A stretch of 64,000 bases of DNA, from positions 27,776,001-27,840,000 of the forward strand of contig OZ024749.1 of the NCBI GenBank assembly GCA_964016885.1. Reading direction: 5' to 3'. Shown here one piece after another: positions 55,456 to 64,000 of the stretch. The translations under genes were made by a program, and so were the position numbers. The notes below the pieces were generated by a model, which saw only the letters and a list, made by a program, of their open reading frames with translations, ran no database searches and was not told the origin of the DNA. How positions within the stretch are numbered: the first letter of the stretch is position 1; the number at the start of each line of letters is the position of its first letter. The DNA comes from Eledone cirrhosa (Eukaryota).

Positions 55456-58126
55456 GAAGAATTTACAAGTATTTAGATGAAGTTTAATTAACGAGTTTAG
55501 AAGATTTTTTGTCTTGAAATATGTTAGCAATAACCCTGCTTTGACACCAATATAAAACCACTTGAAACTGCCCTTAGTTCTTGTGGTAAGAAACTTTCAG
55601 GAGAGTTGGACAGCTGAAGGTCTTCAGAGAAAAACCCACCTCCTCCTCAAGCAAGTGTTTTGACCCAAAACTTCTATGATATAATGTTGTTTATCTTATC
55701 TAAAATCCTTCCATCATAATCTTATGTAAGAACCTTTGTTAAGCTATGCCTCAAACATCTTTCAAATTCTTGATTATTTTCAAAATGATTTGAAATTAAA
55801 TAATCAATATTTTTCATTAGAAATATCATAACCAAAGAAAAAACCATGTTCAAAACACCAGCTTAACATTGAGAGAGTTAATTATATTTCTAAATTCTAG
55901 GCAATGTCTTTCATTAGAAAAATGGAAACCAATGGAATAAAGATATGCTCTAAACAACAGCTTAATTTTGAAAGTTAGAAATATTACAAAATTCTTGGTA
56001 ATGTCTTTTGTTAGAAATATGGTAACGAAAGGATAAAGCTTTGCTCCAAATTGGGAAAGTTATATTACTAAATCCCAGGCAATATCTTTCATTAGAAATA
56101 TGGTAAAAAAAGTAAGAAAACTATACTCTAAACACCAGCTTTATATTGAGGAAGTTAAATTACTAAATTCTAAGCAATGTCTTTCATTAGAAATATGGTA
56201 ACCAAAGAATAAAGCTATGCTCCAAACACCAGCTTACTTTTAAGAAAGTTAGTTATATTACTTAATTTTAGGCAATATCTTTTGTTAGAAATATGGTAAC
56301 GAAAGGAATAAAGATATGCTCTAAGCACCAGCTTAATTTTGAGGAATTTAGTTACTAAATCACAGGCAATGTCTTTCATTACAAAAATGTTAACCAAAAA
56401 AATAAAGCTTTGCTCCAAACACCAGCTTAACACTAAGATAGTATTGAAAGGAATAAAACTATGCTCTAAACACCAGTTTAACATTGAGAAAGTTAGTTGT
56501 ACATTATTGAAAATATTTGATACTTTCAAAATGATTTGAAACACATGCTCAGTATATTTCACAAGAAATATGGTTAGAAAAAGATTAAGCTGCAAACAAC
56601 AAGATGACTGCTACCAGAGTCTGGTGACAGTCTCTGTAGAGAGTAAACAAAGGAGGTATTTGTCTCTTGTAGAAATTGCTAGAAACAAAGTGCTACTTCA
56701 GTTAGCACAGTAAAGATAAGAAGTTGATGTTGGTAGGGTTTAAAGATAGCTCTGTGGGCAAGATGTTCGACCAAAAGACCACACCGTTGCATTTAACGGC
56801 TTCTGACATGAAATAAGAGAAGATTGAAAAAATTGGAGGACTGTCTTAGAAAAATAAACAACATGTGTAATTGTAGAAATGTGAAAAGTATGCTTTAATC
56901 AAGACTTGAACCTGTGTCTAAATATAACCATAAAGACCTCCATTGAAAAAGTAATAATACTTCTGCAGTGACTCAATCAATTAACAATTATTCTTGGTAA
57001 CAGAAAACTATTAGAGAATTTAGTTTGGATAAGGCATTCATTATCATCACCATCATTTTTATGTTAGTTTTTCCACATTTGCATGGGGTGGATGGGTCCT
57101 TTTCAGCACAGTATCTCTCCACTAGCTCTGTTCCTTTATTATCTTCTTTCTGAGTCTCAGCGATTTGAGGTCAGTTCTCACCAACTCCGCCCAGGTCTTC
57201 CCTGATCTTCTACTATGACTTCCTACTGGGATTACTTGACACTTATTCACCCATTGGTCATCATCCATGCACATTCTTTACTGCAGCTTCCTACTACTGG
57301 GATTTCCTTGCACGTCTTCAACTGATCATCATCCATGCGCACCAATAAAGAACCAGCCTAGAGTGATAGACTAGTGGAAGTATTAAGAGTGTAGGACAAA
57401 TTAAATAGTATCTGTTCCAGCTCTTTGTTGTTCTGAGTTCAAATCCTGCTGTGATTTACATTAGTGGTTAGAGAATTGGATTTACAATAGTGAAGTTGCA
57501 TGTTCGATTCCCGGAGCAGGCAATACATTATGTCCTTGAGCAAAACACTTTATTTCACGTTGTTCTTTCTGCCAGGTGTTGCAACTGGTAGATAATATCA
57601 GCTATGGAAAGACCAATGGAAAAAGAATTGTTTACTGTGTCCATTTTGACAAGCCCCACCTCATTTGGTAAGTGAATGAAGTCTGGGATCTTGTCGATTG
57701 ATTCCCTCCCTTCTCCTGAGTGGTGATAAAGTCTACCACCCAAGGGACCAGGTGATGGTGTTAAACTGGGTGACAGATTAAGTCTACCACCCAAGGGACC
57801 AGGTAATGGTGTTAAACCAGGCAACAAATTAAGTCTAACACCCAGGGGCCAAGGGGTAGTATTAACATCTACCACCCAAATAAAACAAAGCATCTCACTG
57901 CTCTTGACTGGTATTTTCATTAATACCTGAAAGGATAGAAAGCCCAAGTTAATTTTGGTGGGATTTGAACTCACAGAGCAGAGCTCCACCAGCTATTTTG
58001 ACCAACGTGCTAAAGACTGTCAGTTTGTCAGTTTGCCAAATATAATATACTCCTTGTAAAAAGCAGGCAATTAAAAATGGTGATATAATTATATATAATA
58101 GATACAATAGTAGAGGGCAGAGATTG

Positions 58127-58176
<50 letters not shown>

Positions 58177-58370
58177 CACACACACATATATATACATATA
58201 TACACACACATATACATATATACCCACACACACACACACACATATATATATACATATATATACACACACACATACATATATATATATATACATATATACC
58301 CACACACACACACACACATATATATACATATATACCCACACACACACACATATATAAATACATATATACC

Positions 58371-58408
<38 letters not shown>

Positions 58409-60157
58409 AGGGGGTGGTATATTTAGTGATATTTTATTAAACAGATAACAGATTCAAGATATGAAAGATTAGATTCCCAGACCATGCTGGTCTTTCATAC
58501 CAATGACATCACACTACTAACAAACAGATGTAACAACAACTACTACTTCTCCTACTACCAAAACAAGTGTTTTAAGATGAATATCCTTCCTAAAATCTTG
58601 CTGGTCCCCCCGGCAAGATTCATACTCATCAATAGGGCTGGGGCTGAGGCAAGAGTTTACAGTCAGATGTGCCTTTCTAGCACCAGGAATACATATAGTT
58701 ATGCTAAACCAGATGCATAACAGATGTACCAACAAGATCCTTGCTAAAGTGAGGGGGAGATTTGTCTAGCTTTGTGGGTCCCCGTAACAAACTTTATACT
58801 CATCATTGGAGCCCCTTTTTGAGGTAAGTGTTTACAGTTGGATGCCCCTTTCTAGCACCAGGAATACACGTCCTTATGCTGAACCAGATACACACAGTTG
58901 CTGTATGAACAACAACTACTACTACCAAACCAAGTGTTTTAAGGTGATTCTCCTTGCTATAATCTTGCAGGCCCTATGGCAGGATTCATAACATCATGGC
59001 CAGTAATTTGAAAGGAATAGGAAAGTCAATTAAATCAATCCCAGTGCATTACTGGTATTTTATTTTATTGACCCTGTAAGGATGAAAGGCAACGCTAACC
59101 TTGGCAGAATTTGAAGTCAAAAGGTAAAGGGACATAATTATATTAAATATACTACCAATGTGTGTGTTTCAATTCTTCTTTTTCACCCACTTATTCCTAG
59201 GAGAGACATGGGGCACAATTAATTGAAACATTCAAAGATACTATGGACATGTAGTCAGAATGTCTGGACATATTTTATGGGCAATATCCTTTGGCAGAAG
59301 ACCCAGGGGTAGACTCTGAGCAAGATGGTTGGATAATATCCATTAGCTTGGCTGGTCTTGCTCGGGGATCCAGCCTGATCAATTGGGGACAGTTGCTTCT
59401 GGCAGGACCGCTGGAAGGAATGTTTGAGGATTCTGCTCCCATGGCCCTCTTGGGAATAAATGGGCAAAAAAGAAGACATTCAGGGATTACTTTGTATTTG
59501 TTCTAGGTATATCTACACTCAGATTTAGATGTTTGAGAGTCCTAATTGCTTATTTACATATACAATCTTTATTACACATTTTAATTTATGTTTTGTTTTC
59601 ACATTTCAGAAAAGAGTATTTTGCACTTTTGGGGTGCACCTAATTACATCTAGCAGCTTACCAGTACATGCAGGTGCACAATTTAGAAACCACTGTCTTA
59701 AACCACACACCCATGTTAGTACTGAATTATCTATCCATTAATTATTTTGTATTAAACGAGACTAAAGTATACAGTAGGTCCTGTGTATGTTGATATTTTT
59801 ATTGGCATTATTGAATCTAACTACTTTCACAGTTGTTGTTACAGCTGATAGATAAACAACCTTCACCACACTGCACTGGTGTAGTAGTAGTAGTAGTAGT
59901 AGTAGTAATAGTGATGGTGGTAGTAGTGGTGGTGATAGTTGCAGTAGTGATGGTAGTAGTATTGGTGGTAACGATAGTATGTATATATAGATATATACAT
60001 AAATGTGTGTGTGTATATATATATATATATGTATGTGTGCGTGTATATATATATATATAAATATATATTTATGTATGTATGTGTGTGTGTATATATACAT
60101 ATATATATATGTGTGTGTGTGTATATATATATATATATGTATGTATGCGTGCGTGTG

Positions 60158-60188
<31 letters not shown>

Positions 60189-61152
60189 GTGTGTGTATAT
60201 ATATATGTGTGTGTGTGTATATATACATATATATATATATGTGTGTGTGTGTATATATACATATATATATATATGTGTGTGTGTGTGTATATATATGTAT
60301 GTGTGTGTACATATATATATATATATCAATCACAAAATGTAGACAGGAGTTAAAAATAGTTGAAGATAGTATATTCCAGATGATAACTTCCAACTGGGTG
60401 GGACATGAACAGTGTTAGTGGTGAGGACTAGAGGTGAAATCATCTGAGTAATGGCCTCAGCATAGTTAACACACATTATATCACACTTCATTATCATCAT
60501 CATCACCGTTTTATGTCCGTTCTTCCATGCTAGCATGAGTTAGATGGGTTGTCCTGTTGTGGGCAGTGTCCGGTCGGCTGACCTTGTCTTGCTCATATGG
60601 GAACTGATTCTGGCTTGATTTCTACAGCTGGATGCCCTTCCTAACACCAACCTCATTTACAGTGTGGGCTGGGTGCTTTTTTGTCGTGGCACCTCCACGA
60701 CCACTTTGCAGTGGAATGATATGGACCCCAGTCCCTATCATCTCATTTCTACAGCTGAGTAAACTGGAACAATGTGAAATAAAGTGTCTTGCTCAAGGAA
60801 ACAACACATCACCCGGTCTGAAAATTGAACTCACAACCTTTCGATTGCAAGCCCAATGCTCTAACCACTAAGCTATGTGCCTTCATATATATATATATAT
60901 ATCATCATCATCGTTTAACGTCCATATTCCACGCTTGCATGGGTTTGGACGGGAGTTTTCCCACTTGAGGCAAGAGTGGTTGTCTTGCTATATATATATA
61001 GATATTTAACTGATGGCCCCAATATCTGTATAGTTAACATTATTAAATCACACTTAATAAATATAGTCATTTAAGTGGTGGCCCCAGCAGCTGTATAGTT
61101 AATAGATTATATCACACACTATATATAGTCATTTAAGTAATGGCTCCCAGCA

Positions 61153-61344
61153 GGCGGTGGATTGGCAGTATCGGTAGAGGGTTGGACGCCATGCTTTGAT
61201 GGATAGAGTTACGGTCCTTGCCATTCTGAGTTCAAATCCCGCCGAGGTTAACTTTGCTTTTCATCCTTACAGGGTCGATAAAATAAAGTACCAGTAATGC
61301 ACTGGTTAATTGCTGGCCTTGTGCCAAAAGTAGAAACAATTATT
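61153..61344 (+). mobile_element. SINE family A, full length
   Basis: Complete A box, B box, core and tail. Confidence 0.9.
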
Positions 61345-61439
61345 AAATCACATTTAATATATATATAGTCATTTAAGCCTGTGTATAGTTAAAACAAATT
61401 ACACTAGATATAATAGTAAATCACTATAACTATTATTTA

Positions 61440-61631
61440 TAATAATTGTTTCTACTTTAGGCACAAGGCCAGCAATTACCCAGTGCATTACTGGTACTTT
61501 ATTTTATCGACCTCATAAGGATGAAAGGCTAAGCCAACCTCGGCGGGATTTGAACTCAGATCGTAAAGGGACCTAACTATGCTGGAAAGCATGGCGTCCG
61601 ACTCTCTACCGATACTGCCAATCTATCGCCC
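61440..61631 (-). mobile_element. SINE family A, full length, tail-to-tail with 61153-61344
   Basis: Reverse complement of the family consensus. Confidence 0.9.
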
Positions 61632-62093
61632 TATTATTATAGTCATTCACGTTAGGACGACAACGTTTCAAGTTATTTTTATTTAAATTTCGTCAACATA
61701 ATCGTAATTCTTACCTTCGATTATGTATCTGTATAAACATTCATTTAAACATATGAATTATTAAGAAATTAATTATGGAACATGGCCCTAAGGAGGGGAA
61801 TTAGTCTATAAGACTGAGTTTCTTCTCAGATTTGGCTGATTTATTGAACTTGGTCGTATGAGCTAAGGGAAATAACTCTGAATGGTTTACTAAACAAAGG
61901 GAAGATAATCAATTACGAACTATAATTACAGTCAACCATTGCAGTGTCAGTTATCAACCATAGTGTGTGTGTGCATGTGTGCACCATCTGTACATTACTG
62001 AAGTGTGTGTGTACCATATGTACACTGAGTGTGTGTGTGTGTACCAGCTGTACATTACTAAAGTGTGTGTGTGTGTACCATATGTACACTATT

Positions 62094-62124
<31 letters not shown>

Positions 62125-62142
62125 ACCATCTATGCACTATTG

Positions 62143-62187
<45 letters not shown>

Positions 62188-63662
62188 TACTATCTGTACA
62201 CAACTGGTGTGTGAACCATCTGTAAACTGTGTGTGTGTGCGTGTATATACTATCTGTACACTATGTAAGTGTGTGTGTGTATGTATGTGTGTGCATACTG
62301 TCTGTACATTATTGATGTATGTGTGTATGTCCCAAATGTATATTATAGTATTATAATGTATATCACACCATGTGTGTGTGTGTGTGAGTCAGAGTCTGTA
62401 TCTGTGTATGTGATTGTACCAATAGTTAGTTATGATGGTGCTGATAATGGCAATAACAATGATGGTGATGAAAATGAAACAAGACTGTTAAACCAGACCC
62501 CCCCCCCCCCATCACATTAATCTCACTATATCAACCCCCACTCCACCCCGCCCTACGCCACGCCACAATATTTTGTTGCTCCTTAAAAGTAAAAAAAAAC
62601 CCAAACAAACCCTCAATTATTATTTCAAGTGTTACTACAACTGTTATATATAAGTAGCTTCCTGTTATACAATAGACCTACCTCTCCTCCACTCTCACTC
62701 ACACTCACTCCTCTGCCACTTACACCTTCACCCCTCCTCCATTCACATACCTCACCATCCTCTCCACACACTCACACACCACCAGCTTCCTCCACTCACA
62801 CTCTCCTCTACTCACATAAACCACCACTCTCCCCACTCTCACACTCCCCTCCACTCCACTCACTCACCCCATTCACCACTCTCACTCAAACTCATCCCCT
62901 CCCCCACACCACCACCTCCCCACGACTCACACACCACCACCTCCCATTCCCTACCAGGACACCCCCCACTCACCCCTACATACCCCTTACACTTATAGAC
63001 AAAAAAAGATAAACTCCCTTATATAATAATACAATAATATAATAAGTCAACATAAAAACTGCTAACTCAATGTATTTGATATAAAGTTGGCCCCCGCCCA
63101 TGGATATTAATATTTAGAATTTCTGTTGTTTATCTGTTTCATGACAACAACAACCATAACAACATCAGAGTGAAAAACAAGAAAAAACAATAATTGGCCC
63201 TAATTTCGGCACAGGGCCAGCAATTTTGAGAATTAAATCACCCCAGTACATGACTGGTAGTTTATTATATCGACCCTGGAAGGCTAAAAGGCAAAGTTGA
63301 TTCTGGCAAGATTTGACCTCAGAATGTAGAGGGCCTTAACTAAAAGCAGCAACGCATTTTGTCCGACCCCCCAACACCACCCTTAGTTCCTCCCTTGGTG
63401 GGATTTGAACTCAGAATGTAAAGAGCCTTAACTAAAAATAGCTAGGTGCTTTGTCTGGCCCTCTTAACCACCCTTAGTTTACTCCCTTGGTGGAATTTGA
63501 ACCCAAACTTAAGACAAAGCATAGTTGCTAAAATAAGAAGAGGGTCGAAAATGTTCAGTGAGCTGTTTTATTATGCAAAAAGTAAACAGAAATAACAAAG
63601 CAAACACCACAGTACAATGAAGAAAATATATTAGTTTCACACTTGATATAGAAGGAAAAGAG

Positions 63663-63698
63663 TCTTAACGTTTCATACACTAATCCTTCTTCAGAAGA
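63663..63698 (-). ncRNA. Degenerate minimal hammerhead ribozyme, same repeat family (about 63560-63720)
   Basis: tctt-CTGAAGA-aggattagtgtat-GAAA-cgtta-aga: core intact, stem II decayed. Confidence 0.6.
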
Positions 63699-63819
63699 TA
63701 GAATGAGAAATAAAAGATTAAATAGATTACCTCAGCTAGCAACACAAGGATTCTCTCTCACTCACTCGCTCTCTGAGTTGAGTGAAGGGTAGATTGTATG
63801 ATTGTTGTGTATGTAGTGT

Positions 63820-64000
63820 GATGTTATAGTAAGACATGGCCATTGAATATAAGGGATGTTCAGAAGTTAGTAAGAAATGAGGTTAGCATGCTCTATTGGA
63901 TGTGTAATGTTAGTGCTGCAGGAACATGAACACAGAATGCTTGAGAGAAAAACTGGATGTAAGTAAACTCATGTGAGAAGACTGAGCTGGCATCGACATG
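63820..64000 (+). mobile_element. Degenerate RTE-like LINE C-terminal remnant (similar remnants at about 57150-57340 minus and 59280-59440 plus)
   Basis: Decayed TW....RNE..ML.WMC..LREKL translation with frameshifts. Confidence 0.55.

Noticed and set aside
63088-63150. Promoter (GC box and RFX X-box-like gtttcatgacaac)
   Set aside because: Short motifs expected by chance; no transcript evidence in the sequence.

Overview
Eukaryotic, very repeat-rich, AT-rich genomic DNA. The microsatellite load and SINE types suggest a coleoid cephalopod (Octopus-like); this is inference. Most of the window is intron of a minus-strand DOCK-D (DOCK9/10/11, zizimin-type) gene: two clear coding exons (9435-9313 and 514-342) and a plausible first coding exon (52078-52019). 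The introns hold a 5'-truncated but otherwise open RLE-type (R4/Dong-like) non-LTR retrotransposon embedded in (TA)n, and a near-complete RTE LINE (APE+RT) cut by a 200-N gap and preceded by 1.1 kb of pure (TATG)n. They also hold bipartite non-autonomous RTE derivatives with a structured 5' end, 3' fragments of a second RTE-like LINE with its apparent partner SINE, at least three tRNA-derived SINE families, TA- and TTAA-flanked MITEs, a Helitron/Helentron-like element, and degenerate minimal hammerhead ribozymes of Penelope type. The least ordinary patterns are: (i) several otherwise unrelated short elements sharing a fold-back hairpin, an ACTCT...GTATTGAGTAC motif and a (TA)n end; (ii) recurrent fold-back inversions at (TA)n; (iii) minisatellites born repeatedly from SINE sub-segments. 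Almost all other ORFs in the track are microsatellite artefacts. All assignments are by eye; no searches were run and repeat boundaries are approximate.
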